A DNA stretch of 64,000 nt from an uncultured Planctomycetota bacterium (GCA_963823665.1 CAWGMQ010000004.1:2176001-2240000); one strand, 5' to 3'. Shown: positions 30,783 through 40,218, numbered from the stretch's first letter. A program made the numbers and translations. The notes: a model not told the origin generated them from the letters alone.

Positions 30783-30836
30783 AACTACATAATATTAATA
30801 TTGATAATATTAACAATTAAAATAACGTAAATTAAT
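30783..30836. promoter_or_regulatory. AT-rich patch in the divergent intergenic region (probable promoter/regulator site)
   Basis: aatattaatattgataatattaacaattaaaataacgtaaattaat in a GC-rich background; repeated AATATT. Confidence 0.45.
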
Positions 30837-31251
30837 CGCCCATGAAACTTGTGAGAGAATGCTCCCAATCGGGGGATGAGAGGGTGTTGGGATCGAATGG
30901 ATCAGGACACGCAAGGATCGGCACGAGAGACAAGGAAGGAGGACAAAAGACCCGGAGTGCCGGCCTTGCAAGCCTCATGTTGGCGAGGCTGATGTACCCA
31001 GGGCAGCGACTGCCTGACCCCTGCCAGGCCCGGTCACACGTCGACACCTGACTGACCCGGGGCAGCGATCGCTCACCGCCGCCACCGGCAGAGACGCAGC
31101 ACGAACAAGTCTACTCCGGCACCTTACCGCACCTGGCGCCGGGGTCGGGGACCATGCCACCACGGCCGGACCGGACTCCGCTACGCGCGGGCCGATCGAC
31201 CATGGCTCGACGAGTTGTTCCCGTACACCTACATACGGAGGTTCTCACGAG

Positions 31252-32343
31252 ATGAAACGCCTTTTGTGCTCCACCTTGGCAGCCGCTCTGGCCCTCTCCG
31301 GTGAGGGGTTCGCCAGCCATGGGGGCCGGCCACACTCAACGCCTCGGCCGGTAGCCCCTCGACCGGCGCCTCGACCCAGCCCTCACCCGGTGACCCCTCG
31401 ACCCACGCCTCGGCCAGTCACGCCTCGGCCGGTGACTCCTCGGCCGGCGCCTCGACCCAGCCCTCGCCCGGTGACCCCTCGACCCACGCCTCGACCGATC
31501 CCTCACCCGGTGACTCCTCAACCCACGCCTCGGCCAGTCACGCCTCGGCCGGTAGCCCCTCGGCCGGCGCCTCAACCCATCCCTCGGCCGGTAACCCCTC
31601 GGCTGGATGACACGACTGTCATGCCACGGGTGCCGAATCCGGCCGCACCGCGACCATTTCCACCGCATGTTCTCCCCAAGGCACCTCAAGTCCAGCCCGT
31701 GTCACCCACACGGTCGGTCCTAACATTGATCCGGATGAAGAACCTTCTACCCGATCTGGTACCCCGAGTCCTGCCCCTATCGCCACCGCGCAGCGAGCCC
31801 CCCAGCACATTTCATCCGGTCGTGGTGGGGGAACCCGGCGGATCTGTGAAGGAGACGGGATTCCGGGTCGAGCGCCGTGACGGTTCACACTTCGGTGCCT
31901 CTTTGACGCACGGCCCTGACGGCGTCGGGGCCTCCGCCGAGGCGGGCCGGAAGGGAACAAACGTTACCGGCTCGGTCCAGCAGACCCCCGCCGGCCCGGT
32001 TGTCTCCATTGGCGGTCAGGTGGACCGTCGTGATGGCACTCGCCTCGGCGCGACAGTAACGCACGGCCCCGACGGTATCGGTGTCTCCGTCGAGGCCGGA
32101 CGGACGGGAACGAACGTCACTAGCTTGGTCCAGCAGACCCCCGCTGGCCCGGTGGTGTCTGTTGGCGGCCAGGTCAATCGGCGCGACGGCACTCGTGTCG
32201 GTGCGACGGTCACGCACAGCCCTGACGGCGTTGGTGCTTCCGCCGAGTTGGGCCTCCGCAATGGCACCAGGGTCCGTGCCGGAGTCGATCCAGGCCCGCA
32301 GGGTCCGAAGGTCGATGCCGAGTTGGTGATCCCGTTCCCCTGA
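31252..32343 (+). CDS. Secreted protein with a Pro/Arg-rich stalk and C-terminal Gly-rich beta-hairpin repeats
   Basis: GGAGG RBS; signal peptide ending GFA; (PRPVT/PRPA/PRPS)n; about 2.5 copies of a 51-aa repeat; ends AELVIPFP. Confidence 0.85.
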   Translation: MKRLLCSTLAAALALSGEGFASHGGRPHSTPRPVAPRPAPRPSPHPVTPRPTPRPVTPRPVTPRPAPRPSPRPVTPRPTPRPIPHPVTPQPTPRPVTPRPVAPRPAPQPIPRPVTPRLDDTTVMPRVPNPAAPRPFPPHVLPKAPQVQPVSPTRSVLTLIRMKNLLPDLVPRVLPLSPPRSEPPSTFHPVVVGEPGGSVKETGFRVERRDGSHFGASLTHGPDGVGASAEAGRKGTNVTGSVQQTPAGPVVSIGGQVDRRDGTRLGATVTHGPDGIGVSVEAGRTGTNVTSLVQQTPAGPVVSVGGQVNRRDGTRVGATVTHSPDGVGASAELGLRNGTRVRAGVDPGPQGPKVDAELVIPFP

Positions 32344-32481
32344 GCCTGAGGTTGCGGGGCGAGAGGCCCGAGCCTCCTCGCCCCGCGGTATCGTGCCGAC
32401 GGACCGGCCTCCGTGACGTCCCCGTGTACCCTTTTCGTGTTCCCTGGATCGCTTGATTCCATTCCCCAGGAGGTTGACCCC

Positions 32482-32772
32482 ATGAATACGACGCTAAAGC
32501 GCTCCCTGCTGACGGGCCTTGCCCTGTTGACACTCTGCTCAGCTCCGGCCTTAGCCGGTGGCAGCGAGGCTCCGGGTAAGCAAAAGACTCACGTGCAGAA
32601 GTCGACCGATGCCAAGAAGTCGAAGAAGAAGGCGAGTCAGTCGACCGTCGCCAAGCACCGCAAGCACCGCAAGCAACACAAGCAACACAAGCACATAACC
32701 CGGAAGCAGCGGCCGATGCGCATCAAGGCCCCGTCTGCGCTGAAGACGGTCCCCATGAAATCTTCTGGCTGA
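32482..32772 (+). CDS. Small secreted Lys/His-rich protein
   Basis: AGGAGG RBS; signal ending ALA; KHRKHRKQHKQHKH. Confidence 0.8.
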   Translation: MNTTLKRSLLTGLALLTLCSAPALAGGSEAPGKQKTHVQKSTDAKKSKKKASQSTVAKHRKHRKQHKQHKHITRKQRPMRIKAPSALKTVPMKSSG

Positions 32773-32950
32773 CGGGATCTGTCGCCGGTCCTCACCGCGA
32801 CTCCCCCCGGCCCCCGGCTAACTGCTGCTCAGTGGCCCGGGGCCGTTGTCCATGAGCTCAGTCCTGTCCACGACCCAGGCCGACCCCGTCCGAGATATCA
32901 CCCGTTGTTTGAGGACAGTTTGGTGCAAGGCTCATTCAAGGAGAGAATCA

Positions 32951-33196
32951 ATGAAGAGATTCAGTCGCTTGATGGCTACCTCCTCGCTGTTGCTCGGAGT
33001 GGCCCAGTATCCTCCCGTCCGCGCGGACGACCGAGCAGTGCGGGAGTGTGTCAAGGAAACCGCTCGTGCGGTCAATACGTGCGTGAACCATGGGCGCGGT
33101 AGCCGTTGTGAGAAGGCCGTGGACCGCGCCATCCAGAAGTGTGAGCGGCTTGTCGGTCATTCCCGGCCTGCTCCGCTCGGTCAACGCCCTCGGTGA
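32951..33196 (+). CDS. Small secreted four-cysteine helical protein
   Basis: AAGGAG RBS; signal ending VRA; C-x10-C-x8-C-x10-C. Confidence 0.75.
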   Translation: MKRFSRLMATSSLLLGVAQYPPVRADDRAVRECVKETARAVNTCVNHGRGSRCEKAVDRAIQKCERLVGHSRPAPLGQRPR

Positions 33197-33307
33197 CCCA
33201 ATGCCACAGCGGCCTGCTCTGAAGCTGCAGGGACCCACCTATCCCCAGAGCAGGCCGCCGACCGCTCAAACTGGCTGCTACCTCAATACAACCCGGAGAC
33301 CCCGACC

Positions 33308-33604
33308 ATGCTACTCGACTTGGTGATTTGGACTTCGGCCTTGGCCCTGATGCCCCTCCTTCTGGGAGTCCTGGAGTGCTGGCTCCTTGGCGGGTTCGCT
33401 CCCGCTCCTGAGAAACACGCCGGAGGCTCTATCATCACAGTCCCGATCGGTTGTCGACTGAGGTTTTCGACGTCACCGCCCTCCGTGAACAGCCAATCGA
33501 TGGTGTCTCTGGCCGAGGGCTCCCCCTGCCTATGCCTCTACTGCTCCCTCGCCGGCCTGACCGAGGTCGTTTACGGAGGTTACACAGAAGCGTCAGCTAA
33601 CTGA
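33308..33604 (+). CDS. Small hypothetical membrane protein
   Basis: GGAG RBS; hydrophobic N-terminus; C-terminal half unconvincing. Confidence 0.4.
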   Translation: MLLDLVIWTSALALMPLLLGVLECWLLGGFAPAPEKHAGGSIITVPIGCRLRFSTSPPSVNSQSMVSLAEGSPCLCLYCSLAGLTEVVYGGYTEASAN

Positions 33605-33813
33605 TCAGCTACCTGTAGTAATTCGCCAACAGTATCCGTTGCTACTCAAACCGCCTTGGAAGATCCCGACTCAAATAACCTCGTTGTAAGCCGTACCTGG
33701 CAATGCGATGATTTGGAGGAGGCTCGACGAAACGTGAAACGACGAGGATTCGCCAGTCTGTCCAGTCATCGATGCCCGGTGTGAGCTTCGAGTGTCCACT
33801 GCGAGGCACCGAC

Positions 33814-34026
33814 ATGAGCAGGTGGCTTCAATATCTCCGCCCAATCATGCTGAACTCGATGATCGGGATGCTCTGGCTCGCGTGCTTCTCCTGCGCGCTC
33901 ATGCCATTCTTTTTCGCGATCGTCTGGCCGATAGTGATGCTGTTCGGGGTGCTGATGCTCACCCTCACTTTACGGGAAGCCGCCGGGTCGCCCTGGGGGA
34001 TCGCTCCCTGTCAGGGTCGGCCGTGA
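33814..34026 (+). CDS. Small two-TM membrane protein, probably truncated at the transposase junction
   Basis: GAGG RBS; two hydrophobic helices; 3' end overlaps the opposite-strand transposase remnant. Confidence 0.5.
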   Translation: MSRWLQYLRPIMLNSMIGMLWLACFSCALMPFFFAIVWPIVMLFGVLMLTLTLREAAGSPWGIAPCQGRP

Positions 34027-34387
34027 CCATCGCCAGGTCAACGTCGTCGGGCTCTGCTGGCTCGCCGGTAACATCGTCACGTTGCAGAAAGAGCTTGCGC
34101 CAGCGCAGTGCAACTTCGGCGTCAGACCACTGTTCGACACTGTCCGGTCGATTGCGGAGCACGAGATGCAGGTGATTGCTCATAATCGCATAACCGCACA
34201 CTGGTGCGCCGAACAACCCGGCGAGAGCGCGCAGTCGATCGAGAATCCAGGCTTTACGGTGAGAGTAATCACGACCGGAGTAGGAGTCGGTGCCGCACAG
34301 GAAAGCTCTTCGGACGCAGCGAGCGATGCAGTGATAAACGCCCACGCACTCCTCGTCGACGATGTGGCGGCGGGCACAGGCAGGCAC
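33965..34387 (-). mobile_element. Truncated Y1 (HUH) transposase, IS200/REP-associated type
   Basis: YHCIARCVRRAFLCG and YAIMSNHLHLVL (HUH) motifs; similarity ends at about 34005, before the expected catalytic Tyr region; GGAG before GTG. Confidence 0.85.
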
Positions 34388-34754
34388 GTAAGGCTCCATC
34401 ACCAGGCAGGTGCAGCACGTTAGCGAGACTCTCTGTGTCAGGTTCGGCACGCTCTCCGCGCGTGACACACCCAGGATCTCGATCAACACCACGTGGAGGT
34501 GGGGACGCCGGCACTTCAGTTCTACGCGGCAAGCGTACCCGAGCTCTCGTCGCTCGTGCTCTCACTGTTTCGGATGTGGCGGAACTTTGGCGCTCGCGAT
34601 GTTCCGACGAATTCGTCGACGTACGGTAAGTCGATAAGACTTCCATCGCCCGGAAGTGCTTCGGTCCGACGACACCGAAGCACCAGGCCCAAACGGCAGG
34701 CAGGCCACACCTGACTGGATCGCCTTGCAATCGGTGACAGCCGGAGGGGCCGCC

Positions 34755-36371
34755 TCAGTGCATCGCGAGCCCGCCCCGGGCCACGGCCTTCTTCATCAGC
34801 AAGATTAACGGGAGGGCCGCCAGGGCCATGATCGCGAACATCCAGAAGGGGTCGAGATAGGCCATCTCCCGGGCCTGGCTGTGGACCATCTGCGCGAGCA
34901 GGCCCATGCCCTGCTGCTGAGCAACGACCCGGGTGACTCCGCCGCGGATCATGCGGGTCTGGGCGAAGTAATCGATCCAGCCGCCCACCGTCGGGTTCAG
35001 CGGCGTGACATGCTCGGCCAGCCGGAGCTGGTGGAACTGTCCCCGGCGGTCGACCAGCACGTCAACGATGGCGACGCCCAGGCTGCCGCCCTCGTTGCGC
35101 AGCATGTTAAACAGCCCGGTTGCCTTGTTGATCTGACCCGCCGGCAGGTGCAAATACGCCGCGTTGTTCAGCGGGACGAAGAGCAAGCCCACGCCCGTCA
35201 TCTGCACGCATCGGGGCGCGATGAGCGCATAGGGCGAAGCGTAGAGGTCCAGATGTGCCTGCCAGTACGAGCCGCCGGCGAGGCACAGAAGGCCCAGCGG
35301 GATCATGTACCTGGCGTCGACCTTCTTACCCAGCAAGAACCCCGCGAGCGCCATCATCCCCATGGTAAAGAACACCGGCGGCGAGAGCACCAGCCCGGCG
35401 TGGAACGCGTCGTAGCCGAAAAGCTCCTGGAGCATCTGCGGCGTGGCGATGTTCGCCCCGTAGAGCACGGCGAACGCGACGAAGATCACGAGACCGCAGG
35501 CGAGGAAGTTGCGCTCGCCCAGCAGCCGGAGGTTGATCATCGGGTCGGGGTGGCGAAGCTCCCAGATGATGAACGCGCCCAGCCCGATCACCATCGTCAA
35601 AAAGAAGGTCTGAACCCGCCAGAACGGGTCGCCGAACCAGTCCCATTCCTGCCCCTTGGCGTAAAGGACCTCCAGTGACCCGAGCCCGAGCGAGATCAGG
35701 GCCAGCCCGACGTAGTCGATCTTCAGTCCGCGCCGCCAGTTCGCTCTGACCTCCTCGGCCATGCCCGGCGGATCCCGCACAATGACGCTGGTGAGCAGCA
35801 GGGATACGATGCCGATGGGGACGTTGATGTAGAAGATCCACCGCCAGGAATAGTTGTCACTGATGTAGCCGCCGAGCACCGGCCCGAGGATCGGTGCCAC
35901 GACGATCGCCACGCCGTAGAGGGCCATGGCCATGCCCAGTTGGCGGCGCGGGAACGTATCGATCAGGATGCCCTGCTCGGACGGCTGCAACCCGCCTCCG
36001 CCAAGCCCCTGGAGCACGCGGAAGAAGATCAAGAGCTCGATATTCGGCGCCGCGCCGCAGAGGGCCGAGCTGACGGTGAAAAGAACCACGCAGGTCATGT
36101 AGAACCGCTTTCGGCCGAAGAGACCCATCAGCCAGCCCGACAGCGGGAGGACGATCGCGTTGGCGACCAGATAGCTGGTGAGCACCCAGGTCGCCTGGCT
36201 GCGGCCGACCGCCAGGCCGCCGGAGATATACGGCAGCGCGACGTTGGCGATCGAGGTGTCGAGCACTTCCATGAAGGTCGCAAGTGTGACTGTCAAAGCG
36301 ACGATCCAGTGGTTGACCGGGGCCTGGACCCGCGGACCGTCTCCATGGCCATTTCCGGATATTGCGTCCAT
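34755..36371 (-). CDS. DHA2-family MFS efflux permease (EmrB/QacA-like)
   Basis: ATFMEVLDTSIANVALP, WVLTSYLVAN, FRVLQGLGGG, WRWIFYINVPIG. Confidence 0.93.
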   Translation of the reverse strand: MDAISGNGHGDGPRVQAPVNHWIVALTVTLATFMEVLDTSIANVALPYISGGLAVGRSQATWVLTSYLVANAIVLPLSGWLMGLFGRKRFYMTCVVLFTVSSALCGAAPNIELLIFFRVLQGLGGGGLQPSEQGILIDTFPRRQLGMAMALYGVAIVVAPILGPVLGGYISDNYSWRWIFYINVPIGIVSLLLTSVIVRDPPGMAEEVRANWRRGLKIDYVGLALISLGLGSLEVLYAKGQEWDWFGDPFWRVQTFFLTMVIGLGAFIIWELRHPDPMINLRLLGERNFLACGLVIFVAFAVLYGANIATPQMLQELFGYDAFHAGLVLSPPVFFTMGMMALAGFLLGKKVDARYMIPLGLLCLAGGSYWQAHLDLYASPYALIAPRCVQMTGVGLLFVPLNNAAYLHLPAGQINKATGLFNMLRNEGGSLGVAIVDVLVDRRGQFHQLRLAEHVTPLNPTVGGWIDYFAQTRMIRGGVTRVVAQQQGMGLLAQMVHSQAREMAYLDPFWMFAIMALAALPLILLMKKAVARGGLAMH

Positions 36372-36375
36372 GGCT

Positions 36376-37962
36376 TCACGACCTCCTCTGGCGGTCAGGG
36401 TTGGTTGGCTGCGAGCCCGCCGGGCCAGCACCCTTGTCGGGTGGCCTGAGCCGCCCGAAGGTGTGCAGTCGCTCGCCCGCACCGGGCCCCGTCGGCCGCT
36501 CCGTGATCCGCACGTGCGGCACGACCGAGAGGCCAACGAACAGCGGGGTGTCGTCCGGATTGGGCTCGGCCAGCTCGATCCGCACCGGCAGGCGCTGTGT
36601 AACCTTGACGTAATTGCCGGTGGCGTTCTCGGGCGGCAGCAGCGATTCCGACAGGCCCGTCCCAGGGCTGAAGCCGGCCACGCGCCCCGTAAAGACGCGG
36701 CCCGGGTAGGCGTCGACGTAGAGGTCAACCGGCATCCCTATCCGGATGTAGTGGAGTTGTGTCTCTTTATAATTAGCGTCGATCCAAACGTAGTTTGGGC
36801 GGATCGAGAGCAGCGTCTGACCAGGCTGGACTCGGTTGCCCGGGTGAACCTGCCGGTCCTGGACATAGCCGGCAACCTCGGAGCGAACTTCGGTCCAACT
36901 GAGCCGGAGCCGGGCTAGAGCGAGCTGCTCAAGGGCGCCGGCGACGGCGGCCCGCGCCACTCGAACGGCCGGGGCCCGCTCGACCACCGCCTCCAGCCCC
37001 TCGCCGGCCGACTTGTCCCCGTTGGGGCGGAGGAAATCCGCGAAGGCCTTCGCCTGCTCGGCGTCCTTCGGGTCGAACGGGATACCCACCTGGGCCAGGG
37101 ACGACGCAATGTCGGAAACGGCGGTCTGGACCGTCGACTGCTGGACCTCGAGGTCCGCGGGCAGCTTCAACGGGTCCTTGTAGTCCGGGGCCAGTCCGAG
37201 CGTGGCGCGAGTCTGCTCGATCGCTGCCCACGCCTCCTTCTCCTGCTCGACGGCGACTTTCAGGGTGTTGTTCCTCTGGTCGACATCTTCCTTGCTGATG
37301 CCTCCGCCCGGCAGGAGCTCCTCGCCCCGGCGGAAATTGTTCCGCGCCAGCTCCAGACTTGCCTGCCTGCTCTTGAGCGTGGCGAACTGGGCGTTCAGAA
37401 TGGCGACCTGGCGCCGCAGGGCCTCCTGGGCATTCTTCCTCTGGTAATAAGACCCACGCGCCCGGGCGATCTGCGAACCGACCTGCGCCTGCGCCTGCAC
37501 GACGTTGGCTCTGGCCTCCTCGAGCGACGCCTCAGCCTGCGCGACGGCCACCGCAAACGGCTCGCGGTCGAGCTTCACCAGCAAGTCCCCGGGCTCGATC
37601 CGATCATTCTGGTCGACCAGCACCTCGGTGACAACGTCCTCGATGCGGGGGCTCACATACGTGATGTGGCCGGCAACGAACGCATCGTCGGTCTCCACCG
37701 TCTCGAGCACCTCCCGCATGAAAGGTATGCCCTTGGAGAACGCCACCCAGAGGACCGCGGCCGCGACTGAGCCGATGGCGAACCGGCGCCCCCAGCGAGG
37801 CCGTGGCTTCTCTGGCTGCCGAGGTCGAGTGTCACCTTCGTCGAGATCTCGGGTGCCGCCCAGGTCGGCCACGATATGGGAGTCGAGGGCGTATACAACG
37901 TCCGCACGGGCGTTAACGCTCGGGGCCAATGGGTCGCGCGTCGTGAATTCAGTCGATTGCAT
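36376..37962 (-). CDS. HlyD/EmrA-family membrane fusion protein
   Basis: ETDDAFVAG, coiled coil, WIDANYKETQL, LLPPENATGNYVKVTQRLPVRI; GGAGG RBS. Confidence 0.93.
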   Translation of the reverse strand: MQSTEFTTRDPLAPSVNARADVVYALDSHIVADLGGTRDLDEGDTRPRQPEKPRPRWGRRFAIGSVAAAVLWVAFSKGIPFMREVLETVETDDAFVAGHITYVSPRIEDVVTEVLVDQNDRIEPGDLLVKLDREPFAVAVAQAEASLEEARANVVQAQAQVGSQIARARGSYYQRKNAQEALRRQVAILNAQFATLKSRQASLELARNNFRRGEELLPGGGISKEDVDQRNNTLKVAVEQEKEAWAAIEQTRATLGLAPDYKDPLKLPADLEVQQSTVQTAVSDIASSLAQVGIPFDPKDAEQAKAFADFLRPNGDKSAGEGLEAVVERAPAVRVARAAVAGALEQLALARLRLSWTEVRSEVAGYVQDRQVHPGNRVQPGQTLLSIRPNYVWIDANYKETQLHYIRIGMPVDLYVDAYPGRVFTGRVAGFSPGTGLSESLLPPENATGNYVKVTQRLPVRIELAEPNPDDTPLFVGLSVVPHVRITERPTGPGAGERLHTFGRLRPPDKGAGPAGSQPTNPDRQRRS

Positions 37963-38126
37963 GGTGTCCTCCATCGCCTCGGTCGACCCCACGGCCGCCG
38001 GGTGAGATTTCGATGTCGCAGCCGATCAGCCGCGGGCTATATCGAGGAGCCGCCCGAACAGCATTGCGATAAGGCAAACAAGTAACTCTAGAATGAGCAT
38101 ATTGGCGAGCATCGCTAGTACCTCCC

Positions 38127-38426
38127 TCAAAGGTGCCGATCGATCCGGAGAGCTGGCGCGCCGACGATATCCGCCACGATGGCCTTCATCAGGCAGTCCG
38201 CCGCCACGAGCTCGGCGCCTCGGGCGTGCATGGCCGCCAGCAATTTCTCACCGGCGCCGTCAAGGGACACAAGCGCCGCCAGATCCACGCGGTCGACAGG
38301 CCTGCCCTCTTCGGCCACGATCCGCTGCCAATAGGCCGCCAGTTCGCCGACCCAAGGCCCAGCCAGCTTCCCTTCGAGCTGGAGTGTCAAGCTCGTCGTG
38401 TCGGTGTGCATGGTAATCCGGAGCAT
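38127..38426 (-). CDS. Small STAS-like domain protein
   Basis: MLRIT..LQLEGKLAGPWVGEL..VDLAALVSLDGAGEKLL. Confidence 0.8.
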   Translation of the reverse strand: MLRITMHTDTTSLTLQLEGKLAGPWVGELAAYWQRIVAEEGRPVDRVDLAALVSLDGAGEKLLAAMHARGAELVAADCLMKAIVADIVGAPALRIDRHL

Positions 38427-38456
38427 CGCTCTTTCCCCCCTTCGAACAGGTGCTAA

Positions 38457-38472
38457 AGCACGGCCTGTTCCA
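38457..38472 (-). promoter_or_regulatory. Sigma-54 (-24/-12) promoter
   Basis: TGGAACAGGCCGTGCT has GG-N10-GC spacing; 30 bp upstream of the STAS start, next to a sigma-54 activator gene. Confidence 0.7.
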
Positions 38473-38560
38473 AAGGCGAAAGTTTCCCGCTGTCGGGCCA
38501 CAAGAGGAGCCATCCCAGGAACTTGCGATTTGGGCCGGGCGGGCTGTGTTCCGGGAGCAG

Positions 38561-38619
38561 TGGCGAAGTGCCAGAGGACGGGTGCCAACGGACGGGCACA
38601 GTGCCAAGGTGCTGGCACT
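38561..38619. promoter_or_regulatory. Putative enhancer (UAS) sites for the adjacent activator
   Basis: Clustered GTGCCA/TGGCAC half-sites, including the palindrome AGTGCCA-N6-TGGCACT, about 90-150 bp upstream of the -24/-12 site. Confidence 0.6.
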
Positions 38620-38620
38620 A

Positions 38621-40165
38621 TTACGGTCGGGAGAGGCCGAGCTTCTTCATCTTCCACTGCAACGTGGAGCGCTTCATCCCCAACCGGGCTGCGGCCCCCT
38701 TGGGACCGCCCAGTACCCAGTCCGTCTCGCGTAAGGCCCCAAGAATGTGCTCCCGCTCGGCCGCGGCCAGTGTCGCTCCCGCGGTGGTCGGCGCCGGGGC
38801 CAGCGGCTCCGCCGGAGGTAAGTCACCGAGCGGGATCTGGAGAGTTGGGCCTGGCGAGAGGATCACCGCGCGCTCGATAACGTTTTGCAGCTCCCGCACG
38901 TTGCCCGGCCAGCGGTAGCGTGCCAGGGTTTCCATCACTGCGGTCGGGATGGTCTCGATCCGCCGGCCCATCCGCCGCGCGAACCGCTGCGTGAAATGCC
39001 GCACCAGCCGCGGGATGTCTTCCGGGCGCTCTCGCAGCGGCGGCAGCACGAGCGGGAAGACGTTCAGTCGGTAGTAGAGATCTTCGCGGTAGCGGCCGTC
39101 GGCGACCATTCGCGCGAGGTCGCGGTTCGTGGCCGCCACGAGGCGAACGTCTACCCGAATCGTCCGCGTACTGCCCAGCCGCTCGAATTCCTGCTCCTGC
39201 AAAACGCGGAGCAGCTTGGGCTGCAGTTCCGGTGGGATGTCGCCGACTTCGTCGAGGAACAATGTCCCCTGGTGCGCCAGCTCAAAGCGGCCCATCTTTT
39301 GGCTGATGGCGCCGGTGAACGCGCCCTTCTCGTGGCCGAACAACTCGCTCTCCAAGAGGCCGGTGGGGATCGCGGCGCAGTTAAGCTTGACAAACGTACG
39401 CTCGCGGCGCGGGCTGAGGTCGTGAAGGGCTCGGGCGATGAGCTCTTTACCCGTGCCGGTCTCGCCGCCGATCAGGACGGTAGACCCGGTGCAGGCGACC
39501 GTCTCAACTTGCTTGAGCACTCGGCGCAGCGTGAGGCTCTCCCCGATGATCTCCCCGAAGTTGTGCTCGGTGCGGGCTTCCTCTTCGAGGTAGGCCTTCT
39601 CCTGCGAGAGTTGGTCCTTGAGAGCTTCGATCTCCTGGAATGCCAGGGCGTTCTCAACCGCGAGAGCTACCTGATTAGCGACGTGCTGGAGGAAGCCGAC
39701 ATCGGCCGCGTCGTACGCGGTGAGCTGCTTTGAGACCAGAACCAGCGTACCCAGCCGCCGCCGCGATGTGGTTAGCGGAAGCTCGCAGACGCTCCGGCCT
39801 CCGGAGGGCCGCACTTGTTCCAGGAACCGCGGCCAGCGCGTCTCCTCGGCCACGTCTGCGAGGATCAGTGGTTGCTGGGTTTGCCACACCAGCCCCTCCG
39901 GCAATTCTTCGACCGGAAACTCCACCCAGGGGCGTGTGGTGGCTTCGTGTCCCTCCAGGATGTGCAGCCGCATGGTCTGGCTTGCCGCCTCGTGTATGAC
40001 GAGGCCGAGGTAGTCGAATCGCACCACCTCGTGAAGCCGGCCGGCCAGTTCGTGGAACAGCGCGGAGAGATCGCGGTGGGAGATGATCGCTTCCGAAACG
40101 GCCAGCAAGGCCCGGTACGGCCCGCCAGAGGCCGTGGCCGGGCCGTCTACGTGAGCGGCTGTCAT
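38621..40165 (-). CDS. Sigma-54-dependent transcriptional activator, GAF-AAA+-HTH (FhlA-like)
   Basis: GAF domain, GETGTGKE, GAFTGA, FLDEVG, WPGNVRELQN, C-terminal HTH. Confidence 0.95.
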   Translation of the reverse strand: MTAAHVDGPATASGGPYRALLAVSEAIISHRDLSALFHELAGRLHEVVRFDYLGLVIHEAASQTMRLHILEGHEATTRPWVEFPVEELPEGLVWQTQQPLILADVAEETRWPRFLEQVRPSGGRSVCELPLTTSRRRLGTLVLVSKQLTAYDAADVGFLQHVANQVALAVENALAFQEIEALKDQLSQEKAYLEEEARTEHNFGEIIGESLTLRRVLKQVETVACTGSTVLIGGETGTGKELIARALHDLSPRRERTFVKLNCAAIPTGLLESELFGHEKGAFTGAISQKMGRFELAHQGTLFLDEVGDIPPELQPKLLRVLQEQEFERLGSTRTIRVDVRLVAATNRDLARMVADGRYREDLYYRLNVFPLVLPPLRERPEDIPRLVRHFTQRFARRMGRRIETIPTAVMETLARYRWPGNVRELQNVIERAVILSPGPTLQIPLGDLPPAEPLAPAPTTAGATLAAAEREHILGALRETDWVLGGPKGAAARLGMKRSTLQWKMKKLGLSRP

Positions 40166-40218
40166 GGCGAAGACCTTGGTCCGTCACTCATCCGGGACCA
40201 GCAACTGGTCCCCCGCGC

